NCBI GenBank assembly: GCA_902537555.1
Contig: CACBBR010000005.1
Coordinates: 5,703 to 69,702, forward strand
DNA length: 64,000 nt
Direction: 5' to 3'
Source of the DNA: an uncultured Pelagibacteraceae bacterium
GTDB lineage: Bacteria; Pseudomonadota; Alphaproteobacteria; Pelagibacterales; Pelagibacteraceae
A program made the translations under genes and the position numbers. The notes under the pieces were generated by a model, which was not told the origin of the DNA, made no database searches, and saw only the letters and a program-made list of their open reading frames with translations. This document shows positions 40,252 through 49,736 of the stretch, piece after piece. Numbering within the stretch: the stretch's first letter is position 1; every line of letters starts with the position of its first letter.

Positions 40252-40609
40252 TTTTCCAAATACCAGTTTTTTGTTTTCCATCAGACCAAGTAAAAGTTCC
40301 TTTACCATTCATAAATCCTTTAGCCCATTCACCTTCGTAAGTTGAGCCATCAGGAAAAAATAAAGTTCCAACACCGCTCCATTCGCTATTTTTAAATTCA
40401 CCTTTGTAAATATATCCGTTAGGCCAGGTTTCTACTCCTTGACCATGTTTTTTGGTTGCAACCCACTCACCTTCATAAGTTGTTTTGTCTGTGTAAATCC
40501 ATTTACCATACCCGTTTTCACAGTTACCTTCTTTGCAACCCGTGCTTCTTGCTTGAACAATTGACGTTGCTAAAAGGTAAAAAAGGATGCAAAATATTAA
40601 TCTTTTCAT
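40232..40609 (-). CDS. Secreted MORN-repeat protein
   Basis: Signal peptide, GCKEGNCENGYG and repeated Y-x-GE-[WF]-x5-G-x-G units. Confidence 0.85.
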   Translation of the reverse strand: MKRLIFCILFYLLATSIVQARSTGCKEGNCENGYGKWIYTDKTTYEGEWVATKKHGQGVETWPNGYIYKGEFKNSEWSGVGTLFFPDGSTYEGEWAKGFMNGKGTFTWSDGKQKTGIWKNGKLQE

Positions 40610-40643
40610 GATTTCATTTTACACATTATTTATCAAAAAAAAA

Positions 40644-41108
40644 TTAGGCATTTTTTGTTTTATTTTTACAATAATAAATAGTTATATATTTTTCTGAATT
40701 TTCACTGTTAATATTCTTGGTTATTTCGTGAATTAATTCTCCAGTTTTTCTAGTAATTATTGCAGATTCTGAATAACTTTTTTCTTTATTAAATGCTTTA
40801 AATAAAACCACATCTTTATTTACTATCTTCACATCAAAATTTGAGTTTTGTGAGAAAAAATCTGACAATCCATTTACCATCAAAGTGCTTGGTTGATTAG
40901 TATATAATTTTAAAGAATTTAAGTTCTGTTCATCAACTTCTTCCGCCAAAAACGTTTTGTAATTATATTCAGAGTTCTTGATTATTTTTTTTTCAAATTT
41001 ACAATTAAGTTCTAAATTAAGATCTTCATTTATATTAATATTTTTTGCAAAAACGTTGTTAAGAACAATAAAGCTAAAAAATATAAAATAAAATAATTTG
41101 ATCATCAC
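40644..41108 (-). CDS. Hypothetical exported protein
   Basis: Signal-peptide-like N-terminus, Cys near each end and an ITRKTGEL motif. Confidence 0.6.
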   Translation of the reverse strand: MMIKLFYFIFFSFIVLNNVFAKNININEDLNLELNCKFEKKIIKNSEYNYKTFLAEEVDEQNLNSLKLYTNQPSTLMVNGLSDFFSQNSNFDVKIVNKDVVLFKAFNKEKSYSESAIITRKTGELIHEITKNINSENSEKYITIYYCKNKTKNA

Positions 41109-41123
41109 ATATTAGTTTTTGTT

Positions 41124-41158
41124 AAAAAAAATCTCCCCCAACATAGTTGGGAGAGATT
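41124..41158 (-). terminator. Rho-independent terminator after tmoX
   Basis: Minus strand AATCTCTCCCAAC-tat-GTTGGGGGAGATT followed by a T-run. Confidence 0.75.
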
Positions 41159-41179
41159 TAATCTTTTAGTTTTTAAAGC

Positions 41180-42127
41180 TTATTTTGTAAAAGCTTGCCA
41201 AACACTCTTGTTATCAGCTAACCATTTTTTAGCTGCATCTTCATGAGTCATTTTGTCAACGTCAACTAAAGCTGCCATTGCACCAATTTGACTTGTAGAG
41301 AAAGAAAGTTTTTGAAACGCCTTAGCTGCTGCAGGATGAGTTTTTGGAAAATCTTCATGCGCTGCTTTTTTCAAATATCCATCTGGTGAACCACATTTTC
41401 CATCTCCACCATCTTCTGGTCTACAACCAGCTGTGTATGGAGGAAAGTCGATGAAAGTAAAGCCAGCACCATCTGTAAAGTTTGGTGTCCAGTTAAATAT
41501 GATAGTTCCTCTTCCTTCTTTTTTAGCTGCTGCTAATTCTGCCCATAATGCATCTGCACTACCAGCAAATTTAACCCACCATAGATCTCCTAAACCAAGA
41601 GCATCAACTCTTTGAGGTATTAAATCTCCATGCCAAGTTTGTGGTCCTTCCAACATTCTTCCTTTTCCATCTGGAGAGTCAGGTGTTGTAAAGTTTTTCG
41701 CACAATCTGGATTTTTTAATGCTGTCCAATCAGGTAGACCTGGGCATAAGCCTTTTTCTACAACCCAGTTTGGATAACCCATATCTTCAAGAGTTCTTGC
41801 TTCGTGATCACCCATATCTAATAAACCACCTTTATCTAAAGCAGTTGTGAATGATTTACCAAAAGCAGATTCCCACACTTCGTGAGATATAGTTACGTCT
41901 CCAATTCTAATTGACTCGTATACTGCCTGTGAGTCAGCATTTACATATTTTACATTGTTACCCATGCTTTCAAATATTCCACCAATAACATATGCCATTA
42001 CAATTTGGCTTGACCAGTTATGAGTTGGGATAACAATCGGTTTTTTACTATCCGCTGCGTTAGAAATTCCTGCAAAACTTACAAGAGAAATCACTAAAGC
42101 TGATAGTAGAGATATTATTTTTCTCAT
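41180..42127 (-). CDS. tmoX: TMAO ABC substrate-binding protein
   Basis: PIVIPTHNWSSQ, HEVWESAF, CPGLPDW and FNWTPNF; divergent from tdm. Confidence 0.88.
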   Translation of the reverse strand: MRKIISLLSALVISLVSFAGISNAADSKKPIVIPTHNWSSQIVMAYVIGGIFESMGNNVKYVNADSQAVYESIRIGDVTISHEVWESAFGKSFTTALDKGGLLDMGDHEARTLEDMGYPNWVVEKGLCPGLPDWTALKNPDCAKNFTTPDSPDGKGRMLEGPQTWHGDLIPQRVDALGLGDLWWVKFAGSADALWAELAAAKKEGRGTIIFNWTPNFTDGAGFTFIDFPPYTAGCRPEDGGDGKCGSPDGYLKKAAHEDFPKTHPAAAKAFQKLSFSTSQIGAMAALVDVDKMTHEDAAKKWLADNKSVWQAFTK

Positions 42128-42208
42128 TATTTCCCCTTTCCTTAATATTAAGAATTAAATTATCTTCTCTATTAAACTGACAGTCAACAAGCAAAATAGA
42201 TACAAATG

Positions 42209-42234
42209 TATATATAAAATTTATATATAAATTT
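42209..42234. promoter_or_regulatory. Candidate operator palindrome in the tmoX/tdm divergent promoter
   Basis: Perfect 18-bp palindrome AAATTTATATATAAATTT (42217-42234), overlapping a second inverted repeat TATATATAAA-A-TTTATATATA (42209-42229). The AT-only composition lowers confidence. Confidence 0.35.
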
Positions 42235-42274
42235 GTTGATACTTTAATATAGTTTGGGCATATTTAAATTATTT

Positions 42275-44614
42275 ATGCAAACTAGTTTAGCTATAAAAGA
42301 ACCTGGTTTAAATGTACTACCACCTGGAGTTGAAAGATATATTGTCAATGCAGGTGGAATTACTGGAATTCAAATTTTTCCAGATGACGAAATTCAAATA
42401 ATTAATAATGAAGGAAATCAAATTTGCGAAATCAATTCTTTCGATAAAAATGGAAACTCAGAATTAGGTCTTTTAAATTTAAAAGAAAATAAAAATTCTT
42501 CTGAAATAAAAAAAATACTTTTTAAAAAAGAAGAAAGCTCTATGAAGGCTTTACTTCAATTAAACAAAAGAAATTTAAAAATTGAAAAAGCTAAGTCAGC
42601 AATTTTATTTGATAAAAATACTAAAGCTGGTGAAAAATTAAATTTGAAATCTAAAGATAAATGTTATTGCATATTTGCAGCACCTGCAGATGATATGCTT
42701 GTTCATGATCAAAATCCACCATCAGATTTAACAGTAATAATAAAAAGAGCTAAAATTAAAAATAATGATAAAGAATTTTCATTAATACCAGATCCAATTT
42801 ATGATCCGGATCATGAAGTAAATATTGATAGAAAAACTGCAACCGGGTATCAAGTCAAAGCTGGTGATTATATTCAAATTATAACACCAACAGGAAGACA
42901 ATGTTCAGACTTTGTGGCTTATGATACAGCTAAATTAGAAAAAGGTTTGGAGAGAGGTCTTGATTGGCAAACAACTAGAACTTTTATGGGTCATACTTTT
43001 CCTGGTCCAGGCCTATATTCAAAATTTTATGACACTGATCATGAACCTTTAATAGAAGTGATAAGAGATACTGTTGGTATACACGATACATTCAACTTAG
43101 CCTGTACTTCAAAATATTATGAAGACTCAGGATATTTTGGGCATGCAAATTGTTCTGACAATTTAAATGATTCTATGGAAAAATATGGAGTAGAGAAAAA
43201 AAAAGGTTGGCAAGCAATAAATCTTTTTTTTAACACATCTGCTGGAGGTCTAAATTCAGTAACCTCAGACGAGTCTTATGCAAGACCAGGTGATTATGTA
43301 ATTTTTAAAGCGTTAAAAGATTTAACCTGCGGAACAACTGCTTGTCCTAGTGATATTGATAGCTGTAATGGATGGAACCCTACTGATATTTTTGTTAGAA
43401 CTTATGAAAAAAGTAAAGAATTTACAAAATCTTATGGATTTAGAATGAAAACTGACTCAGAGAACAAACTTACAAGGAACACAGGATTTTATGAAAGGAC
43501 TTCAAAACTAACTAGAAACTTTGTTGATGCTAGAGGTTTTTGGTTACCAAATGATTATACGAAACACGGAGTTATTAACGAATATAATGCTTGTAGAGAA
43601 AAAGCTGTTTTAATTGATTTATCATCTTTAAGAAAATTTGAAATTTTAGGTCCTGATGCTGAAGAATTAATGAATTATACTTTAACTCGAAATGTTAAAA
43701 AACTTTCAGTAGGCCAAATTGTATATTCAGCAATGTGCTATGAAAATGGGACTATGTTTGATGATGGTACTTTATTAAAACTTAGTGATCATGGTTTTAG
43801 ATGGGTTTGTGGAGATGAGTATGGTGGGGAATGGCTTAAAGAACAAGCAAGAAAGAAAAATTATAAAGTTCATATAAAAAATTCTACAGACCAAATAAAT
43901 AACCTATCCTTACAAGGACCAAAAAGTAGAAAAATTTTAGAAAAAATAATTTTTACACCTCCTACACAGCCCTCTATATCTGAATTAGAATGGTTTAGAT
44001 TTAGTATTTGCAGATTAGAAGAATTAAATGGAATACCATTAATTGTTTCACGAACGGGTTATACAGGTGAGCTTGGTTTTGAAATTTGGTGTCACCCAAG
44101 CGATGCACCAACTGTTTGGGATAAAGTAATGGAAGCAGGTAAAGACGAAGGTATGATACCTGCTGGTTTTGCTGCTTTAGACCTTTTAAGAATTGAAGCT
44201 GGTTTAATATTATTTGGTAATGAATTTGATGGACAACAAGATCCCTTTGAAGCAGGGATTGGTTTTTCTGTACCATTAAAATCTAAAACGGAAGATTTTA
44301 TAGGAAGAGAAAACCTAATTAAAAGAAAAGAAAACCCTCAAAAAAAATTAGTTGGTTTAGAATTAATTGGTAAAGAACAAGCAAACCATGGAGACTGTGT
44401 ACACATTGGAAGATCTCAAGTTGGAGTGATTACAAGCGGGTGTATTTCACCAACACTAAATAAAAATATTGCCTTATGCAGAATAGATGTAGGCCATTCA
44501 GAAATAGGAAATGAAGTTGAAATTGGAAAAATAGATGGTCATCAAAAAAGAATTCCAGCTAAAATTGTAGGATTTCCTCATTACGATCCTAAGAAAACTA
44601 AAGTTAGATCATAA
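42275..44614 (+). CDS. tdm: Trimethylamine N-oxide demethylase
   Basis: DUF1989-type domain (GRQCSDF, HDTFNLAC, HANCSDN, ACPSDID) fused to a GcvT domain (RTGYTGELG, LRIEAG). The ATG at 42275 is preferred. Confidence 0.9.
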   Translation: MQTSLAIKEPGLNVLPPGVERYIVNAGGITGIQIFPDDEIQIINNEGNQICEINSFDKNGNSELGLLNLKENKNSSEIKKILFKKEESSMKALLQLNKRNLKIEKAKSAILFDKNTKAGEKLNLKSKDKCYCIFAAPADDMLVHDQNPPSDLTVIIKRAKIKNNDKEFSLIPDPIYDPDHEVNIDRKTATGYQVKAGDYIQIITPTGRQCSDFVAYDTAKLEKGLERGLDWQTTRTFMGHTFPGPGLYSKFYDTDHEPLIEVIRDTVGIHDTFNLACTSKYYEDSGYFGHANCSDNLNDSMEKYGVEKKKGWQAINLFFNTSAGGLNSVTSDESYARPGDYVIFKALKDLTCGTTACPSDIDSCNGWNPTDIFVRTYEKSKEFTKSYGFRMKTDSENKLTRNTGFYERTSKLTRNFVDARGFWLPNDYTKHGVINEYNACREKAVLIDLSSLRKFEILGPDAEELMNYTLTRNVKKLSVGQIVYSAMCYENGTMFDDGTLLKLSDHGFRWVCGDEYGGEWLKEQARKKNYKVHIKNSTDQINNLSLQGPKSRKILEKIIFTPPTQPSISELEWFRFSICRLEELNGIPLIVSRTGYTGELGFEIWCHPSDAPTVWDKVMEAGKDEGMIPAGFAALDLLRIEAGLILFGNEFDGQQDPFEAGIGFSVPLKSKTEDFIGRENLIKRKENPQKKLVGLELIGKEQANHGDCVHIGRSQVGVITSGCISPTLNKNIALCRIDVGHSEIGNEVEIGKIDGHQKRIPAKIVGFPHYDPKKTKVRS

Positions 44615-44964
44615 TGCCTAAATCAACAAAAGATCTATTAGAATTTTGGGAAGATCAAATGAAGCTTTCTCATACTTCCAGCAACTATTTTTTTAGAAAA
44701 TCACCATCTCACTACCATATGATGCTGCTTGTAATGTCTGCATTTAAATTAAAACAAAATTTATCTGTAGAAGAATTAAAAACAAAATTATTTAAAACTT
44801 CACGACCAAAATCTGCTTTAATTATTAATGAGGCATGTGAAAAAGGGTTTTTTTATTTAGAGAAAACTTCAGAGGATCAAAGGAAAAAGCATATTAAACC
44901 AAGCGCCTCATTTATTGAGGAATTTAACGATTATTTGTCCACTCTTAAAAATTTAAGTTTTTAA
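44614..44964 (+). CDS. Small winged-helix (MarR-like) protein
   Basis: Helix pattern plus wing motif KGF...SEDQRKKHIKPS; coupled to the tdm stop (TAATG). Confidence 0.55.
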   Translation: MPKSTKDLLEFWEDQMKLSHTSSNYFFRKSPSHYHMMLLVMSAFKLKQNLSVEELKTKLFKTSRPKSALIINEACEKGFFYLEKTSEDQRKKHIKPSASFIEEFNDYLSTLKNLSF

Positions 44965-45061
44965 TAGTTTGTTAATTTAAGGTTGTATAATTTTTTATTT
45001 CTAAATTTTATATATAAAAAAAATTATATATTTAACCTTTTCCAAAAAATAGTGTTTCGTT

Positions 45062-46387
45062 ATGTCATTACCGACAAAAGCTAAAGTAGTAATAGTTGGT
45101 GGAGGAATTCACGGACTAAGTACTGCTTGGAAATTATCTGAAACATATAAAAATCCAGGTGATATCGTAGTATTAGAAAAAAAAGATACCGCAGCAGGGG
45201 CAAGTGGTATTGCTTGTGGAGTTGTAAGAAATAATTATTTTCAACCTGCTATGAGAGAATTGATGGCTCACTCAGTTTCTGTTTGGGAGAGTGACCCTAA
45301 AGCTTTTAAATATAACGCAGTTGGTTATTTACAAATTTCGCCAGAGGTAATGCACGCAGATGTTGCTACAATTTATGAACAACAAAAAGCAATTGGTTAT
45401 GAATCTGAATTTATAGAAGGCGAAAAAGATTGCATGAACTACATGAAAGGTATGTTCGATGATTGGCAGGCAAAAGGGATAACCTCTGTTCTTCATGAAA
45501 AAAAAGGTGGATATGCATTTAATAAAGATTCAATTAAAGCACTTGAAAATAAATCTACTTCAAATGGTGTTGAAGTAATTAAAGGAATTAAAGTAACAGG
45601 TTTTAAAAGAGGAAGTAACAGTAAAGCTGTAACTGGGGTTGAAACAGACAGAGGAACTATTGAATGCGAACAAGTAGTTGTAGGAGCAGGTCCTTGGGCA
45701 AGAGATTTTTGGAACATGCTAGAGCTTCCAAAAACTGCTCACATTAAGGGTAAAGATGGCAAAATGCATGAGACTGATATGTGGAAATATTGGATGCTTC
45801 AAGAAGGTGTTATTGGTGTTGAACCAGATTTTTTAAAAATGAATAACGGTGAACAACCTCCAGTAATTCATGTTGACTCAACTGCTCCTTTATATTCAGA
45901 TAAAACTAAAAAATTAATTACAGATAAAATTTGGGGAATTTATTACAAACCTGATATTGATGGTCTTGGTGTACAGGGTGGAACATCTCCTTATGTTGTT
46001 GATAAACATTTTGACCAAGTGAATGTTGATCCTTACGGAATAGAGTCACCTGAATATCAAACAACCGAAGCTTTTAATGACATGTGGTGTTCAGCTTTAG
46101 CTCACTGTCAAAAAAGGTTCGAGGGAAAATCAGATTTATATAGAAAAGGACCTTCGGGTGGTCTTGGATGTATGACACCAGACTCATTTCCGATATTTGA
46201 TAGATTTTTAGAAAACGTTTATATGATTGCAGACTCTAACCATGGTTACAAAATGATTGGAGTTGGAGAACTAGTTGCAAAAGAAATTCTTGGAACAGAA
46301 AGTGATTTATTAAAACCTTTTAGATTCAACCGTTACGAGAAAGGGGAATTGCACCCGACATCTAATAGTCCGTTTCCTTGGAGCTAA
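45062..46387 (+). CDS. FAD-dependent oxidoreductase, DAO/monomeric sarcosine oxidase-like
   Basis: VGGGIHGLSTAW, GASGIACGVVR, TPDSFP and HGYKM. Confidence 0.85.
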   Translation: MSLPTKAKVVIVGGGIHGLSTAWKLSETYKNPGDIVVLEKKDTAAGASGIACGVVRNNYFQPAMRELMAHSVSVWESDPKAFKYNAVGYLQISPEVMHADVATIYEQQKAIGYESEFIEGEKDCMNYMKGMFDDWQAKGITSVLHEKKGGYAFNKDSIKALENKSTSNGVEVIKGIKVTGFKRGSNSKAVTGVETDRGTIECEQVVVGAGPWARDFWNMLELPKTAHIKGKDGKMHETDMWKYWMLQEGVIGVEPDFLKMNNGEQPPVIHVDSTAPLYSDKTKKLITDKIWGIYYKPDIDGLGVQGGTSPYVVDKHFDQVNVDPYGIESPEYQTTEAFNDMWCSALAHCQKRFEGKSDLYRKGPSGGLGCMTPDSFPIFDRFLENVYMIADSNHGYKMIGVGELVAKEILGTESDLLKPFRFNRYEKGELHPTSNSPFPWS

Positions 46388-46454
46388 TTTATCTAAGTAG
46401 ACAGATGTTTTATTTTCAGTTAACTTTTTGGTCTAAAAATTCTTAAGGGGGAAA

Positions 46455-47924
46455 ATGACTGATCTAGAAAAGCATGTTAATCAACCAGGAAGAGCCAAAC
46501 TGGTTAAACAAGTAAGAGCTAAAATAAACGAACTTAAAATTGATTATATTTTTTTTCAATTCATATCAGTAACAGGAAGAGTTGTTGGTAAAGGAATTCC
46601 CGCAGATCATTGGGAAAGAACGTGTGAAAAAGGTTTTCAATTAGTTTATGGAGCAACTGCAAATTTATTTTTAGATCGTCACAATAACTATATTGGATAC
46701 GGTCCTGAAGCAAAAGAACTTGTTGGTATTCCAGATCCAGAAACTTTTTGTCAATTACCCTGGGATAAAAAAGTAGCTCGTGTATTTGTTACTTGTTTTA
46801 GAAATAGAGAAGAGAGAGAAAATCCAGGTGGACATCTTACATCTGATTGCAGAGGAAATTTAAGAATAATCGCTAAAGAATTTAAGAAAAAACATGGTTA
46901 CCAACTCAGAGTAGGAACGGAGCCAGAAATGATGTGGTTAACTAGAAATGAGGATGGAACTCCAACAGGGAAAGGGTTCTCTAAACCTTATTGTTATCAC
47001 ATTGATCAATTTGAATCTTTAAGACCTGTATTTATGAGAGTTATGGAGTACGCGAGAGCTATGGGTTTTGACATGATACAGGGTGATCATGAGGATGCAC
47101 CAGGACAATTAGAATTAAACTGGACGTATGATGATGTTTTAAGAAATGCAGACAGATTATCTACTTATAGACAAATTTGTGCACAGGTTGCGAGAGAGTT
47201 TAATTTGATTGCTTGCTTTATGACTAAACCGTTTATGGGAGTCTCTGCAAGCGGTTGTCATACAAATATGTCTTTATGGACTGGTGGAAAAGATAAGGTA
47301 AATAAATTAGGCCATAAATCTTTACCAGGTATGGATGAAGTGTTTACTTATGTTGAAGGTGGAACAAATACTTTTATGCCTGATACAAAAGATGTTCAGC
47401 TGCCAGGTAAAATAGGCTTAAAATCAATTGGTGGTGTAATGAAACACCTTCCAGCTTTAACTGCTATTGGATCATCAACTGTAAATTCTTATAGAAGATT
47501 ATGGGACCAAGGTTTTTGGGCACCAGTTTATGCTGACTGGGGATATCAAAATAGAACTTGTGGACTAAGAGTTTCAGCTCCAGGAAGATTTGAGTACAGA
47601 TCAGTAGACTCAATGCATAACCCTTACTTAATGGGAGCAGGTTTATTAAAAGCTTTTGATGATGGAATTAAAAATAATATTGATCCTGGAAAACCAGAGT
47701 CTAGAAATATTTATGAAGCTCAGAAGGCTGGAAAAAACGTCAAAAAATTACCATTAAGTCTTGGTGAAGCATTGGATCGTTTAGCTGAGGATAAAGTTAT
47801 TCAATCTGCAATGCCAGATGAAATGTATAAAATATTTCATTGGTATAAAAATGATGAGTGGGAGAGATTTCTTGGTGCAACAACTCAATGGGATCTTGAT
47901 ACTTATCTGGATTGTTTACCATAA
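46455..47924 (+). CDS. Glutamine synthetase-like gamma-glutamyl-amine ligase (GmaS paralogue)
   Basis: GTEPE, DHEDAPGQLE, FMTKP, SGCH, NRT and FEYR motifs. The flap reads FWAP rather than the YEAP of true GS. Confidence 0.88.
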   Translation: MTDLEKHVNQPGRAKLVKQVRAKINELKIDYIFFQFISVTGRVVGKGIPADHWERTCEKGFQLVYGATANLFLDRHNNYIGYGPEAKELVGIPDPETFCQLPWDKKVARVFVTCFRNREERENPGGHLTSDCRGNLRIIAKEFKKKHGYQLRVGTEPEMMWLTRNEDGTPTGKGFSKPYCYHIDQFESLRPVFMRVMEYARAMGFDMIQGDHEDAPGQLELNWTYDDVLRNADRLSTYRQICAQVAREFNLIACFMTKPFMGVSASGCHTNMSLWTGGKDKVNKLGHKSLPGMDEVFTYVEGGTNTFMPDTKDVQLPGKIGLKSIGGVMKHLPALTAIGSSTVNSYRRLWDQGFWAPVYADWGYQNRTCGLRVSAPGRFEYRSVDSMHNPYLMGAGLLKAFDDGIKNNIDPGKPESRNIYEAQKAGKNVKKLPLSLGEALDRLAEDKVIQSAMPDEMYKIFHWYKNDEWERFLGATTQWDLDTYLDCLP

Positions 47925-47949
47925 GGAAAAATTATAGGAGAGAAAAACA

Positions 47950-48894
47950 ATGTGCGGAATTGCGGGACTAATTCATAGAGGAAAATCTTCAAACGTTGGT
48001 CAAGAACTTCAAGGAATGCTTCAGGCATTAAAACATAGAGGAGAAGATTCTACTGGGTATGCTCTTTATGGAGATACAGATGGTCAAAACTTTATCATGA
48101 GATTTAAGGTTGGTGAAAATGTTGGTGAAGGTAGTTCATCAGTGATGGAGGATGTATCTGTTTATGATGAAAGAAAAAAAATTGTTGATAGTTATATTTC
48201 TCAAATGGGGGCAAAGATTTTAAAAGAAGAGAGAACACTACCCTATTCTCTAAGATATGAGATTGACTATGACAAAGGAGATTTGCTTGAATTTTCTCAG
48301 AAAATAGAGAGTATTCCGGGAGTTGAGATCCTTTCAATGGGTAAATCTTTAGAAGTTATAAAAGATCTAGGTAATGCAAAAGCTGTTTGCGATAGATACA
48401 ATTTAGGAGATCTTGTTGGCACTCACGCAATTGGGCATGCTAGAATGGCAACAGAATCTGGTGTAGACATTAAATCTGCTCACCCATTTTGGGGCTACCC
48501 TTTTAGTGATGTTTCAGTTGTACATAATGGTCAGTTAACTAACTATTGGAATAATAGAAGAATTTTAGAAAACAAAGGAATGAGATTTATGTCTGAGTGT
48601 GACTCTGAATTGATTGCAGTATACTTAGCAGAAAAAATGAGAAATGGAGCTACACTCGAAGAAGGTATGAAAGATAGTTTATCTGGACTTGATGGAGTAT
48701 TCACTTACTTTGTAGCAACAAAAAATTCACTTGGAATGGCTAAAGACACGATGGCAGCAAAGCCATTAGTTTTATATGAGTCAGATGATTTGGTTGCTAT
48801 GGGATCGGAAGAAATAGCAATCAGATCTGTTCTTCCACAAGAAATAGATACTTATGATCCATTTGATGGAGAGGTTAAAGTATGGCAAATTTAA
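47950..48894 (+). CDS. Class II glutamine amidotransferase (MgsA/GlxB paralogue)
   Basis: MCGIAG, HRGEDSTG, GHARMATES, AHPF and VHNG. Confidence 0.88.
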   Translation: MCGIAGLIHRGKSSNVGQELQGMLQALKHRGEDSTGYALYGDTDGQNFIMRFKVGENVGEGSSSVMEDVSVYDERKKIVDSYISQMGAKILKEERTLPYSLRYEIDYDKGDLLEFSQKIESIPGVEILSMGKSLEVIKDLGNAKAVCDRYNLGDLVGTHAIGHARMATESGVDIKSAHPFWGYPFSDVSVVHNGQLTNYWNNRRILENKGMRFMSECDSELIAVYLAEKMRNGATLEEGMKDSLSGLDGVFTYFVATKNSLGMAKDTMAAKPLVLYESDDLVAMGSEEIAIRSVLPQEIDTYDPFDGEVKVWQI

Positions 48895-49736
48895 AAACAA
48901 CTGAGAAAAAAACAAAAGCTCAATCTATGGGGCTTCATACAGAAGTTCTTACAGGAAAAACACAACAAAAGTTTTTTAACCCAGATGAAGCAGAAAACTT
49001 TTATTACTGGGGAACATATGATGTAGATTTTAATAAAAGAACTGAGCTTGACGTAAATGATATGGATTGCAAAGAAGCAAATAAAAAAATTGATGAATTG
49101 ATGAGCCAAGGCTACGGAACAATTGTAATAAAAAACCCTCAGGGTAAACATAGTTTAGGTGTTGGAATTTTAAATAAATTAAACTTAATTTTTGAAGGAA
49201 GTTTGGGTTATTTTGGAGTTGGTTCTATAGATGGTCCTACGGTAAGAGTTAATGGAAGAGTTGGATGGTCGTGTGCAGAAAATATGATGGCTGGAAAAGT
49301 TGTAATAGAAAAAAATGCAGGGTCGTGTTTTGGAGCAGCAGTAAGAGGTGGAGATTTAATTTGCAAAGGAAGTGTTGGTGCAAGAACAGGTATTGACCAA
49401 AAAGGTGGCACAATAATAATTGGTGGTGACGCAGGCGCTTTTACAGGATTTATGATGCAAAGAGGAAGAATAGTAGTTCTAGGTAATGTAGGCATAAACC
49501 TAGGAGACTCTATGTATGATGGAACAATCTATGTTGGGGGAAAAATTGGATCATATGGAAGTGATGCGATTGAGTCACCTATGACAAAAAGTGATATAGA
49601 TTGGTTAAAAAGAAAACTTAAAGTCGCTGAAATTGGCGAAAATTTTGATGTTTCTAAAATGACTAAAGTCGTTGCGGGTAAAAAACTTTGGAATTATGAC
49701 GCTTTAGAACCAACTGAGAAAAAAGGAGCTATATAA
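48882..49736 (+). CDS. GXGXG beta-helix protein (MgsB/GlxC paralogue)
   Basis: AENMMAG, GFMMQRG and LGDSMYDG, plus an N-terminal extension. Confidence 0.85.
   Translation: MANLKTTEKKTKAQSMGLHTEVLTGKTQQKFFNPDEAENFYYWGTYDVDFNKRTELDVNDMDCKEANKKIDELMSQGYGTIVIKNPQGKHSLGVGILNKLNLIFEGSLGYFGVGSIDGPTVRVNGRVGWSCAENMMAGKVVIEKNAGSCFGAAVRGGDLICKGSVGARTGIDQKGGTIIIGGDAGAFTGFMMQRGRIVVLGNVGINLGDSMYDGTIYVGGKIGSYGSDAIESPMTKSDIDWLKRKLKVAEIGENFDVSKMTKVVAGKKLWNYDALEPTEKKGAI

Noticed and set aside
40232-40609. Repetitive DNA as a possible tandem repeat or CRISPR array
   Set aside because: The periodicity is explained by protein-level MORN repeats. There are no identical nucleotide repeats with spacers and no cas genes.
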